Origin: a virus
DNA: 64,000 nt
Virus record (IMG/VR): IMGVR_UViG_3300017991_000007
Coordinates: 1 to 64,000 of that record
Direction: 5' to 3' (one strand)
In this document: piece after piece, positions 19,198 to 27,920 of the stretch
Position numbering within the stretch: the first letter of the stretch is position 1
Layout of the letters: every line of letters starts with the position of its first letter
The notes under the pieces: generated by a model
What the model was told of the DNA's origin: nothing
Databases searched by the model: none
The model's input: the letters and a program-made list of their open reading frames with translations, nothing else
Program-made: the position numbers and the translations under genes

Positions 19198-19681
19198 ATC
19201 AGAACATAGCGTAAGGGATTTTAGGCAAGCTTCACCCGCTGCATTGTTACCCCTAATCCCGTACCTGAAACCTGAATGGACGGTGTGGGATTGTGCGGCG
19301 GGTCAAGCTCGCTTTGTTAGGGCTTTGCTGAATCACGGCTTTACAGCTTTTGGCACGGACGTACTTACCGGCCAAGACTTTCTCACTTGGTTGCCCCAAG
19401 ATGATTGGGATTGCATCGTATCGGAGCCGCCTCTTTCCCGTTTGACGGGCTTTTTCCAGCAAGCATACGCCTTGGGTAAGCCTTTTGCCTTTTTGTGCGA
19501 TACCGGAGCGTTTGGTGGGCTGAAACGGCGTTTTCTATTCCGTTCTTATGGTGTAGAATTAATAATTCTGCCCGGTCAACTCGAAAATCTTGGAGAGGGC
19601 GCAAAGAGAGTGGAAATGACGTGGTTTACGCACGGTCTGAATATGGGTAAGGAGTTGACCTTTGCAGAACATTTGGTTTGA
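19178..19681 (+). CDS. Small phage adenine methyltransferase-like protein with degenerate motif IV
   Basis: VWDCAAG, GQDFL, IVSEPPLS (in place of NPPF), KPFAFL. Confidence 0.65.
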   Translation: MARKPLKSEHSVRDFRQASPAALLPLIPYLKPEWTVWDCAAGQARFVRALLNHGFTAFGTDVLTGQDFLTWLPQDDWDCIVSEPPLSRLTGFFQQAYALGKPFAFLCDTGAFGGLKRRFLFRSYGVELIILPGQLENLGEGAKRVEMTWFTHGLNMGKELTFAEHLV

Positions 19682-19729
19682 GGTCATATTTTTCTTGACA
19701 AGACCTTTTGACCTTGTTATAGTGTAGCC

Positions 19730-19815
19730 AATTGACGGGTACTTTCCCCGTTGGTTTTTGTGTCGGGTCTAAGGCTCGGTTGTCAAAATGGGTTGACACC
19801 GGGCCTTAACCTTTT
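19730..19815 (+). ncRNA. Putative small RNA (or structured leader) complementary to early-gene leaders
   Basis: TTGACA 19695-17bp-TATAGT promoter; TTTCCCCGTTGGTTTTTGTGTCG; 3' hairpin shared with 42486-42523. Confidence 0.45.
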
Positions 19816-19827
19816 AAGGAGAGTGGC

Positions 19828-20181
19828 ATGACATTTTTTGAATGGCTTTTACGTCCGTTACTTAGGTGGGCTGCGAAAGTGAGAGAGAAAGCGTATGAGG
19901 ATATGCTGCGGGGTTTATCTGAGGCTGAGTTGCAGCAAGTCAAGGAATGGCAGGATACCCGTGAAAAGGTTTTCCTCAAGTACAAGCACGGTGATCTTAA
20001 ATGGCGTGATACTCTTGGTTTGCGCTACTGTGATATGCTGAGTCCGATTGAGCAAAAGCGGTTTTCGACTCTTAATGATGTAGAACTTATATTCCGCAAT
20101 GAGCGGCTTAGACTACAAAGGATGGAAATAGATGGATATTGTCGTACCGGGCAAGAAACCAGTGCAAATGCCCAAGTGTAA
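19828..20181 (+). CDS. Hypothetical protein
   Basis: AGGAG RBS. Confidence 0.55.
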   Translation: MTFFEWLLRPLLRWAAKVREKAYEDMLRGLSEAELQQVKEWQDTREKVFLKYKHGDLKWRDTLGLRYCDMLSPIEQKRFSTLNDVELIFRNERLRLQRMEIDGYCRTGQETSANAQV

Positions 20182-20317
20182 GATTTGTGGATATCCAAAC
20201 ACTCTTATTGAAATGAGCTATCCGGGTATGTGTGGTAAGCAGCGGAAAAGGCGGCAATACGTTTGCACACGGGATGGTTGCTCAAACCGTGAAAGATACC
20301 GGATTCACCTTAAATAA
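20132..20317 (+). CDS. Small Zn-ribbon protein
   Basis: CKIC...CTRDGC. Confidence 0.45.
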   Translation: MDIVVPGKKPVQMPKCKICGYPNTLIEMSYPGMCGKQRKRRQYVCTRDGCSNRERYRIHLK

Positions 20318-20380
20318 ACTTGACAAGTCTCTAATGTGTTGTTAAATTGGTTAGATGAAACGACACGAAAGGAGCTTAAC

Positions 20381-20866
20381 GTGGAAAGTCAATTAATAGC
20401 AGTTGAAGGGGATCATCCCCTTGCAAAACTTTTGGAAAAGATGGTAGGGGGTAGAAAGCCCAAACACGTAAAACCTGAATTTGAGCGGGTACCGGATAAT
20501 GAGCTATTCGGTTTTCTTATGCACCTATATGACCAAGAGAGGTCTTTGCCGATACGTCTTGCACTGGCAAAATGCTGCGTTTGCGGGGTACCGGTTGACC
20601 CTCATAAGCAGACTTGCTCGGTTTGCAACTACTTTACCTCACTGCCCGCAATGGATGAGCGGGATTTGGTACTCAAGGAATTCGAGGGCAAGCGTCTTGA
20701 GCCTGAGACACCGGATGATGAGGGCTGCAACTGCCCCGCTTGTCAATTGAGAGACAAAATGCGTAACGGGGAGCCTTTTGATGAGGCTGATAAGGCATTG
20801 TTGACTGAATTGATGAGTCAGGGTCCACCTTTCCGCTTGGATGAGGATGAGGATGAGCGAGAATAA
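20381..20866 (+). CDS. Zn-finger hypothetical protein
   Basis: Promoter at 20320; AAGGAG RBS; CCVC/CSVC/CNCPAC. Confidence 0.6.
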   Translation: MESQLIAVEGDHPLAKLLEKMVGGRKPKHVKPEFERVPDNELFGFLMHLYDQERSLPIRLALAKCCVCGVPVDPHKQTCSVCNYFTSLPAMDERDLVLKEFEGKRLEPETPDDEGCNCPACQLRDKMRNGEPFDEADKALLTELMSQGPPFRLDEDEDERE

Positions 20867-21188
20867 GACACAACCGCCGGATGGTGAAAGGACGGGCATA
20901 CGGGTAGTTTCACAACCAAGCCCGGATGAATCAGAACTTTTAGAGCTATTCAAAGAGGTCGGTACGGATACCAAGGGGGAAAGTGCTGAGTTTTTCCGTT
21001 GGTATTCATGGCTGACTAACGCACACGTTGGAACCAGTTTCGTATCTGTTGACAAGGCTTTTGAGTTCATTAACACGCTGGCAGCGTTGATTCCAACTAA
21101 GCTTTACCGGTTGCCGGACATTGATCTTAATGCGGAAACACCCGAAACCCCTACCTATACTCTGGCAGACAAGACCTACAAGCACTGA
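20853..21188 (+). CDS. Hypothetical protein
   Basis: Coupled ORF. Confidence 0.5.
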   Translation: MSENKTQPPDGERTGIRVVSQPSPDESELLELFKEVGTDTKGESAEFFRWYSWLTNAHVGTSFVSVDKAFEFINTLAALIPTKLYRLPDIDLNAETPETPTYTLADKTYKH

Positions 21189-21197
21189 GGTTGATCC

Positions 21198-21623
21198 ATG
21201 TTTGATGCTACCTCTAATGACTTGATTTTTACTTTTGCGGATGGTTGGACAATACCGGCAAAGCTGAAATCGTTGGAACAGCACATGGATTCCCCGATTG
21301 AATACCGAGAGGGCGGTATATCAATAGCTATGCGTTTTCCGGGTCGCAGGGAGATTAATCTTACGGTTTATATGGAGGCTGCGGATGCTGCGGGTTGGCA
21401 AGAGCGTGTCAATTCGCTGGATAATTATAAAGCGGATGCGGTGTACGGTGATGCGGTACTGCATGGCTGTTGGCCCAAGAGTGTGCAAGTTGATATGGCT
21501 TGGGATGCGGCTGAGGTAGAGATTATCTCAGATTCGCTTATAGAGCCGCCTGAGATACCAGCGGTCAACTTGACTATTAAACCGGAGCGTCCGACAATGG
21601 CTAGAGTTCGTTTGATTGAATAA
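21198..21623 (+). CDS. Tail-tube (gp19)-like degenerate protein with C-terminal tag
   Basis: IEYREGG...FPG, GCWPKS; ends PTMARVRLIE. Confidence 0.6.
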   Translation: MFDATSNDLIFTFADGWTIPAKLKSLEQHMDSPIEYREGGISIAMRFPGRREINLTVYMEAADAAGWQERVNSLDNYKADAVYGDAVLHGCWPKSVQVDMAWDAAEVEIISDSLIEPPEIPAVNLTIKPERPTMARVRLIE

Positions 21624-21634
21624 AGGAGTACGTC

Positions 21635-22120
21635 ATGTATTGGCTGATAAAGTGCCTTTGGAAGCGAACAGCGGCAAGCAAGAGGGGTTATCCGAACCAG
21701 TGGCACAACAAAGACTTTAGAAATCGGGATACGCTTTTCCTGCGGATGCGGAAAGGCTCTTGGATGGATAAGTTCTTAGCGTGGGCAAGTATGAGTGGTA
21801 CGACTTACGGAGATTTGGTAGCCGTCCGAAATGACAGGTGGCACAAGGTCACTGCTTGCGACGGGGGCAATCCGCACTCCAAGTTTGTGATACATGAAAT
21901 GGTACATCATATGCAGTGTGAGAGGCGATTGACTTATGGAATGCAAGCGATTGCATATACCCTTGAGTGGGGTTGGAGGTGGGTTGCCGCCCTTTTCGGA
22001 AAGCAGACACACGCCCGGTACGATAACAAGTATGAGGTGGAAGCTTGGAATAAAGCCGGTCAAGATATCCGGGATTGGAAAGCCGATGGTCTTGATCCGA
22101 AACGCCCGTGGGTGATCTAA
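21635..22120 (+). CDS. Zincin-like (DUF4157-type) protein
   Basis: IHEMVHHMQ ... NKYEVEA. Confidence 0.6.
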   Translation: MYWLIKCLWKRTAASKRGYPNQWHNKDFRNRDTLFLRMRKGSWMDKFLAWASMSGTTYGDLVAVRNDRWHKVTACDGGNPHSKFVIHEMVHHMQCERRLTYGMQAIAYTLEWGWRWVAALFGKQTHARYDNKYEVEAWNKAGQDIRDWKADGLDPKRPWVI

Positions 22121-22401
22121 TGAAAGGCTTGCGGTATTTTGGTCATTTCAGGACACCGGCTGAGGCGATAAAGCATATCAAGTTTGTTGGTGAGGATTTG
22201 ATGCCGGGTGATTGGTTCTATAGTAAGCGGAATGGAGAGGCTTATATTTGGGACGGGGGAAACTGGATACTTATGCTTGGCAGTACCGGGGAGCCGCAGC
22301 CGATTTTCAGAAAAAAGGAGGGTAGATTCATGGAGGTCTATGAGGTCAATTACGATTTGCCGGGTAATACCCCAATGGCTGAGGTAAGGACTATTGAGTG
22401 A
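22120..22401 (+). CDS. C-terminal-tag family protein
   Basis: Ends TPMAEVRTIE. Confidence 0.65.
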   Translation: MKGLRYFGHFRTPAEAIKHIKFVGEDLMPGDWFYSKRNGEAYIWDGGNWILMLGSTGEPQPIFRKKEGRFMEVYEVNYDLPGNTPMAEVRTIE

Positions 22402-22633
22402 CTTCGACAAGAAAGAGGCCATGCGTGATCCGGGTATTGTGGGGATAGTTTCTCGCACCCTTGCACGGCATACCCATGTAACAGGTACGCCGGACCCGCT
22501 GAGTCCTGAGAAAGTTGCTGAGTGGGATGGTATGAGCAAAGTGAGGCAAGGGGATATAAAGCTGCCTAAAGGGGTTTACTATTGGGTGGGTGACTTCGAT
22601 TGCCCGATTGCAAAAGTAAGGACCATAGAATGA
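22394..22633 (+). CDS. C-terminal-tag family protein
   Basis: Ends CPIAKVRTIE; HTH tripeptide as in spike tips. Confidence 0.65.
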   Translation: MSDFDKKEAMRDPGIVGIVSRTLARHTHVTGTPDPLSPEKVAEWDGMSKVRQGDIKLPKGVYYWVGDFDCPIAKVRTIE

Positions 22634-22995
22634 GCAAACTACCAAAAGGTACGATAGTTACCAAGACGAAATTTGGGTACAAGCCTTATGTGGAATATCC
22701 GAGTATGGGGAATACTCATATCAATACATTGCAGGATTTGAAAGATTTTCTTGATGAGGTTGCCGCTGAGTATCTTTACAAACCAGCTACCAATGAACTG
22801 ATAAACCAAATCTACAGACGAATCAAAGCCGCCGTACCCGCTACCTTGGGGGTAAGGGTCAACCTGACAAGAGGTGGAAACGTCCGGGTTGAATTTGAGG
22901 GTGCTGAGGAAACCTTTGGTTGCTCCAATGACGATATGAAATACTTTTTCAGTGACCTTTCGTTTGACGTGGCAACCGTGCGGTGTATCCAATAA
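22630..22995 (+). CDS. C-terminal-tag family protein
   Basis: Ends FDVATVRCIQ. Confidence 0.65.
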   Translation: MSKLPKGTIVTKTKFGYKPYVEYPSMGNTHINTLQDLKDFLDEVAAEYLYKPATNELINQIYRRIKAAVPATLGVRVNLTRGGNVRVEFEGAEETFGCSNDDMKYFFSDLSFDVATVRCIQ

Positions 22996-23077
22996 AAAAA
23001 AAATGCCCGGTATGGGTACCGGGGCTTTGGAAGGGAATATGTGAATGGGTTTTTGTAGGCTTTATTCGTTTTTCAAT
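22995..23077 (-). ncRNA. Putative ~80-nt small RNA or empty promoter cassette
   Basis: Operator promoter (23084-23134) followed directly by a terminator at 23005-23024; no ORF between. Confidence 0.45.
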
Positions 23078-23083
23078 GATGCC

Positions 23084-23200
23084 ATTCTAGCAAGGCAGTA
23101 AAGCCTTGTCAAGTAAAAAATGCAATCAATTGCACTTTTTTTCAAAATAGTTTTTAACCCCTTGATTTTAGTTGACAATTCATAAAAGCAGTGTTAAGTT
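23084..23200. promoter_or_regulatory. Operator with divergent promoters
   Basis: TGTCAA 23107-12, TGCAATCAATTGCA 23121-34, TTGACA near 23172. Confidence 0.75.
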
Positions 23201-23206
23201 TCTTTT

Positions 23207-23482
23207 ATGGATGCGAAAAGATATAATCAAACGCCGTGCATAGGGTGTGGGTATTGTTGCCAAACCCCTTGCGTATTGGCTTTGCAGACTTACGGGATAG
23301 ACCGGCTCAAGAAAGAGCGTTGCCCGTCATTAAGGTGGGATGGTAAAAGATGGTTCTGCCAGCTTGCAGAAACGTCTGAGAGGGTCCGTAAAGACCTTTG
23401 GATAGGTGCGGGTTGTTGTTCTGCCTTAAATACCAATAGGAGAGAGAATAGACCTATTAAGCCGTGGGAATTTGGAAAATGA
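23207..23482 (+). CDS. Cys-cluster (CxxCxxCC) protein
   Basis: CIGCGYCC...CP.L...FC...GCC. Confidence 0.6.
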   Translation: MDAKRYNQTPCIGCGYCCQTPCVLALQTYGIDRLKKERCPSLRWDGKRWFCQLAETSERVRKDLWIGAGCCSALNTNRRENRPIKPWEFGK

Positions 23483-23844
23483 CTTTAAGCGGCCTCAGAA
23501 AGAAGGATAGGGATTTTGTCTTGGACCTCAAGGATTTCCTTGAGTACGAGTTGCAGAATTACGTTGTGAGGCGTTTTCAGCAAGGCGTGAATATCCTGAA
23601 TAAGCTCATATGCCAAAAAATGGAAAAGAAAATGGGTAAGGCGTATGCTATTCATAAATGGAGTTGGCAGATAAAAGAGCATCAAGGGTCGGACGTACCG
23701 GCTCATTCGCTTGGATTCCATTTGATTATATTTCCACCTAAGCCGTCACCCCTTACGTCATTCGTAGTTTCGATTGGAAAGCCGGGTTTTGAGTTTCCTT
23801 GGCCGGATCATATCGTTAAGGCAAAAGTGCGGTGTATCGCATGA
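23479..23844 (+). CDS. C-terminal-tag family protein
   Basis: Ends IVKAKVRCIA. Confidence 0.65.
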   Translation: MTLSGLRKKDRDFVLDLKDFLEYELQNYVVRRFQQGVNILNKLICQKMEKKMGKAYAIHKWSWQIKEHQGSDVPAHSLGFHLIIFPPKPSPLTSFVVSIGKPGFEFPWPDHIVKAKVRCIA

Positions 23845-24164
23845 AGCTACCCATAATATTTCCGAATCAGAATGAGAAAATAGTCCATGACTTTCGCAAG
23901 GCGTTGTCTGAGGATGAGTATTTCAATGCCTCTAAAACTTCTAAAGAGGCTAAAGAGTCTGCCTTTGGGTTTGCGAATAAATACTTGCCGAAAGGGTGGA
24001 CTTTTAATGTTAGAGATTTGGCCGGGTGGGGAGATACGGTCAAGATTCAGGTGAATTTGCAGCCGCCAAGAGGGAAGGAAATCTATACTGTAGAGGCGGT
24101 CTTGCTCATTGATGACGGGGTGTACCCGCCGCCTCTGGCAACGGTAAGGCTGGTTGGAAAGTGA
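23841..24164 (+). CDS. C-terminal-tag family protein
   Basis: Ends PPLATVRLVGK. Confidence 0.65.
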   Translation: MKLPIIFPNQNEKIVHDFRKALSEDEYFNASKTSKEAKESAFGFANKYLPKGWTFNVRDLAGWGDTVKIQVNLQPPRGKEIYTVEAVLLIDDGVYPPPLATVRLVGK

Positions 24165-24610
24165 TTGAACCACGCATAACCAAAGAGAAATTAGAGCATT
24201 TTCAGCGGACTATTGTGGATTTTCACCGCAGCAAGCTCATTATCTATGATCCCCAATACGAGTTTTATGATGCTACCCGTCAATTCTATGTTTGCACCGA
24301 TTATGATAGCTATCTAAGAAGGATTTACCGTGGATCAAAGCAGACAGATGCCGTTGTGTGGGCTGCTTTCGCTGAGGCTAAGATTCGGATGGTTGTCTTT
24401 ACCCCTATTCTCAAGTGCGCTTTGGACCGGCTTAGAAAAAAGACCCCTCGTAGGTCTAATGATCCGGTCTTTTTGAGTATGGTCCAGCTTGATACTCCTA
24501 CTATCCGAAAGTTTGAACATGCTTGCGCTCAAGGTAGTGTTTTGGGGCTTTGGGAAACGATGACCCGTGATCCCGCTCCGTTGCTTGCCCGTGTAAGGTT
24601 GGTAGGATGA
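24161..24610 (+). CDS. C-terminal-tag family protein
   Basis: Ends PLLARVRLVG. Confidence 0.65.
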   Translation: MIEPRITKEKLEHFQRTIVDFHRSKLIIYDPQYEFYDATRQFYVCTDYDSYLRRIYRGSKQTDAVVWAAFAEAKIRMVVFTPILKCALDRLRKKTPRRSNDPVFLSMVQLDTPTIRKFEHACAQGSVLGLWETMTRDPAPLLARVRLVG

Positions 24611-24945
24611 GTAGTATAACGGAAAGGCGATACAACCGCATAAAGAAAAAGCTATACGATGCCCTTGAGTACGATATGCCATTGCTCCATGATGAGAAAC
24701 AGGGGCAGGATGAGGTATATAGAACAATCAAAAGCGTTTTGAAATCTCCGAGTACGTGGGACGTTAAAGTGTGGGTAAACAAAACGGTCCAACCGGCATT
24801 AAAGCAACCGGGTATGTTCTATTATTGTGCAAAACTGCGGGTTTTGGGAACGCCGGATGAGGTTCATTTGAATATAGTAGCCGCTCAAGGGGGAGGTAGA
24901 GATATCAAGGAATTGCGGTTGGCAAGAGTGAGGTGTATTGCCTAA
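24607..24945 (+). CDS. C-terminal-tag family protein
   Basis: Ends LRLARVRCIA. Confidence 0.65.
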   Translation: MSSITERRYNRIKKKLYDALEYDMPLLHDEKQGQDEVYRTIKSVLKSPSTWDVKVWVNKTVQPALKQPGMFYYCAKLRVLGTPDEVHLNIVAAQGGGRDIKELRLARVRCIA

Positions 24946-25241
24946 TGGATAAAGTTGTGGTTGATGGATTCAGGCAATTATTGAAAGACGCTATGCGGGA
25001 ATGTATGAGGATCAAGGGTATCGACTCCCCCAATAAATTTGATGATACTGCTTTGGACTTTATTCAAAATGCGTTGGAAAGGCACCTATGGCCTCAGTAT
25101 GAGGTATCGGTGCGGGTTTATAGGGGAGTATTTGAGGCTAAGATAATCCATGTTGATAATAATGAGGTAGAATGGCTTTGGCCGTATTTGGATATGCTGA
25201 TTTATAGTAAGGAGTTGGCAGTGGTAAGGACAATACAATGA
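24945..25241 (+). CDS. C-terminal-tag family protein
   Basis: Ends ELAVVRTIQ. Confidence 0.65.
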   Translation: MDKVVVDGFRQLLKDAMRECMRIKGIDSPNKFDDTALDFIQNALERHLWPQYEVSVRVYRGVFEAKIIHVDNNEVEWLWPYLDMLIYSKELAVVRTIQ

Positions 25242-25486
25242 TTAAACCAATGAAAATAGTGTTTTGGTCTTTTTCCTTCGGAACCATGTTGATCATCGTT
25301 TTAGTGATTATGCTGCTACTTTTACCGGTTTCTATACCCTCAGATGCGGTAAGTGCAACCGATTGCACTGAAAACATAACTGTCAATCCGTGCCATGACT
25401 GCCCGCCGCCGGGTCTGAGGTGGCAAACACCCGAAACTCCAAGGATGCCCCAAGTAGAGCCGCCTTGGAAGGAAAGGAGAGAGTGA
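25238..25486 (+). CDS. Small membrane protein
   Basis: N-terminal hydrophobic helix. Confidence 0.5.
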   Translation: MIKPMKIVFWSFSFGTMLIIVLVIMLLLLPVSIPSDAVSATDCTENITVNPCHDCPPPGLRWQTPETPRMPQVEPPWKERRE

Positions 25487-25855
25487 ATGTACGAATACAA
25501 AGCCCGTGTGGTTAGAGTAGTTGACGGGGATACAATGGACGTATCCATTGATCTTGGTTTTGGGGTTTACAAAAGGGAGCGGATAAGGCTTGCGGGGATC
25601 AATACCCCTGAGACTTTCGGAGTCAAGAAAACAAGTGATGAATACGCCGCAGGAATGGCTGCTAAGGAGTTCGTACAATCGGTCTGCCCCGTTGATTCAA
25701 TCATCGTTATTCGCACCGATAAGGACAAACAGGGCAAGTATGGCCGGTACATTGCCTATGTGTTCTACCATGATTCAGGGGGTGACGAACCAAATCACTT
25801 GTGCCTGAATGAAACACTGCTTGCAGCCGGTCATGCGGAAAAGGTGGATTACTAA
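25487..25855 (+). CDS. Thermonuclease (SNase) family protein
   Basis: RVVDGDT, RIRLAGINTPE, GKYGRY. Confidence 0.9.
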   Translation: MYEYKARVVRVVDGDTMDVSIDLGFGVYKRERIRLAGINTPETFGVKKTSDEYAAGMAAKEFVQSVCPVDSIIVIRTDKDKQGKYGRYIAYVFYHDSGGDEPNHLCLNETLLAAGHAEKVDY

Positions 25856-26355
25856 TGAATGAAAGAGTCTTAGGGGATGTTACGGGTGACGGACCCCAAT
25901 ACATGACGTTGGTGTTTCCCTACGATTCAACGGGGATTCTCCTTGGCATGAAAAAAGAGGGATTCGGTAAAGGGCGTTGGAATGGTTTTGGAGGCAAGGT
26001 AAAGGAGGGAGAGCAATTAAAGGATGCTGCTGTACGAGAGTTGAAAGAGGAATGCGGCTTGGAAGCTTCCCCGGATGATCTTGTAGAGGCTGGAATCCTG
26101 AATTTCTATCCATATTATTGTGTGGTATTCGTGTATGGGTATAGGGTTAAGGGTGACTTGAGGCAGGAAAGACCCGTGGAAACGGAGGAAATGATACCAC
26201 GCCGGTTTGCTAATGAGGAAATACCTTTTGATCAAATGTGGGCCGATGATTCATATTGGCTCCCCTTGTTTTTGAAAGGTATCCCTTTTGTTGGAGAATT
26301 TCATTTTAACGGGGATGATTCAGTTAGAGAATGGTCCTTAGAGGGTATGCCGTGA
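25855..26355 (+). CDS. NUDIX hydrolase (8-oxo-dGTPase/MTH1-like)
   Basis: GFGGKV..GE....AAVRELKEECGL; IPFDQMWADD. Confidence 0.9.
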   Translation: MNERVLGDVTGDGPQYMTLVFPYDSTGILLGMKKEGFGKGRWNGFGGKVKEGEQLKDAAVRELKEECGLEASPDDLVEAGILNFYPYYCVVFVYGYRVKGDLRQERPVETEEMIPRRFANEEIPFDQMWADDSYWLPLFLKGIPFVGEFHFNGDDSVREWSLEGMP

Positions 26356-26376
26356 AGTAGGAAAGGTGGATTATTA

Positions 26377-26883
26377 ATGAGGCGATATTGGGCTTACTTG
26401 AAAGTGGTTTTGAGGCACAAATACTACGTTTACAAGGCGTGTCGGATAATGAAAGTGCCTTGGTGGATTGCGGTAGTCCATGATTGGCGCAAGTTCCTAC
26501 CGAGAGAGTTTATCCCATACGCTCACAACTTCTACAATGCGGACGGCTCCAAGCGTACTGTTCGGGATAAAACCGGTGCCTACGACCCTGCGGCTCAAGC
26601 AAATGCGTTTCAGCTTGCATGGCTGGATCATCAACGGGCAAGGCACCATTGGCAAGCTTGGTGCGTGATAGGTGACGGCGGTAAGCTGAGTCCAATGACG
26701 ATGCCGGAAATCTTTGTGAGGGAGTTGGTTGCCGATTGGATGGGAGCGGGGGCTGCTTACGACAATTACAGTCCGCAGGGTTGGTACAAAGCAAATAAAG
26801 ATTCTTTGGTTGTTACCCCGTCAACTACGATGCTCATTGAGCGATTGTTGCAGGATGAGGTACCGGTAGAGAATCCTTTTTAG
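26377..26883 (+). CDS. DUF5662-like HD-type protein
   Basis: HK..V, HDW.KF.P.EF, AW..H.....HHWQ.W, ADW. Confidence 0.7.
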   Translation: MRRYWAYLKVVLRHKYYVYKACRIMKVPWWIAVVHDWRKFLPREFIPYAHNFYNADGSKRTVRDKTGAYDPAAQANAFQLAWLDHQRARHHWQAWCVIGDGGKLSPMTMPEIFVRELVADWMGAGAAYDNYSPQGWYKANKDSLVVTPSTTMLIERLLQDEVPVENPF

Positions 26884-26892
26884 GGGGTAGAA

Positions 26893-27147
26893 ATGGCTAA
26901 GTATCGAAAGAAACCCGTTGTCATTGAGGCGTGGGAGTTTGGCTCCGGTACGCCTAAGCCTGAATGGTTGCAAAAGGCTTTTGATGAGGGAGTGATAGCG
27001 CATGATGGTCCTTTGCTCAAGGTCAAGACGCTTGAGGGAGAAATGAGTGCCTTTCCGGGCAGCTTTATCATTCAGGGAATCAAGGGAGAAATCTACCCTT
27101 GTGAGGCTGAGATATTTGAGGCTACTTATGAGCATGTTGACGATTAA
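26893..27147 (+). CDS. Conserved phage protein (YRKKPVVIEA family)
   Basis: KYRKKPVVIEA...TLEG...G.FII.G.KGE.YPC...IF..TYE. Confidence 0.75.
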   Translation: MAKYRKKPVVIEAWEFGSGTPKPEWLQKAFDEGVIAHDGPLLKVKTLEGEMSAFPGSFIIQGIKGEIYPCEAEIFEATYEHVDD

Positions 27148-27343
27148 AGCCGTGGATATCTATTACGGGGAGCATAGTCCAAGGTGGCAATATGACTGCT
27201 TTAGGTGCAAGTTTGGTTGGTCATGTGGTATGACGTGTGAGTGTGTGTTGCGAACATTCCTGATAGGAAAGATGCCGCCCGCTGAGAGGCAACAGCAAGT
27301 GAATGAGGCACTAATCTCAGCGGGCTTGGAGCCTGAGTTTTAG
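27128..27343 (+). CDS. Hypothetical Cys-containing protein
   Basis: CFRC...C...CEC. Confidence 0.45.
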   Translation: MSMLTIKAVDIYYGEHSPRWQYDCFRCKFGWSCGMTCECVLRTFLIGKMPPAERQQQVNEALISAGLEPEF

Positions 27344-27561
27344 GGTTTTCCCTGAGAATGTTTGTTGGTCTGCCTTTTGTTCGGCACGGTACCGATATCA
27401 GCATAGGTCCGGCGGTAGCGCACTCTTGCTTTTTCCAAGGCTCCTACCAGATTCACGCCTTGAACGCCCCGGACACCCTCATAGCCCTTTTTGCCTTGTT
27501 CCCGTACTTGCCGGTCCCTGAATCGTACCTTAGCGCATGGGTTTTTCTTTGGTCCTGCCAT
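27340..27561 (-). CDS. Small basic protein
   Basis: AGGAG RBS; K/R-rich; last gene of the MAKG operon. Confidence 0.65.
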   Translation of the reverse strand: MAGPKKNPCAKVRFRDRQVREQGKKGYEGVRGVQGVNLVGALEKARVRYRRTYADIGTVPNKRQTNKHSQGKP

Positions 27562-27572
27562 TGTATCTCTCC

Positions 27573-27908
27573 TTATTCCGGTACCGGTGTGGGGAATCCC
27601 CCCGGCGGTAAAGTGTTTAGCTTACTTTCAAGCCTTATATTCGAGTCACGCAATTGCTGTAATATCGCAGTTTGCGCTTTCTGGTTCTCTTGAACATCAT
27701 CCATTTCAATGCGGTAGATATCCTCATCAACCTTTGTATCGCCAAGCTCTTTCACGTCCGTTTGTAGGTTTTCAATCGCATGGTCCCTATCTGAGTTGAC
27801 GAAATCGGAGATAAAGATGATTGCGGTGCCAATGGCTACGATACCAACGGCAACAGCCACTATCTTGCTCCAAAGCGGGAAAGGTGTTTTCTCTCCATTT
27901 TTTGTCAT
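27573..27908 (-). CDS. Membrane-anchored coiled-coil protein
   Basis: Single TM helix then coiled coil. Confidence 0.65.
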   Translation of the reverse strand: MTKNGEKTPFPLWSKIVAVAVGIVAIGTAIIFISDFVNSDRDHAIENLQTDVKELGDTKVDEDIYRIEMDDVQENQKAQTAILQQLRDSNIRLESKLNTLPPGGFPTPVPE

Positions 27909-27920
27909 GGCTCAAGTCCT

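Noticed and set aside
22380-25241. C-terminal tag as a by-product of an overlapping Shine-Dalgarno (GTA AGG)
   Set aside because: It may contribute in some copies, but others use GTT CGT, GTC CGA or GTG CGG and occur where no downstream gene overlaps; the flanking A and I/V are also conserved.
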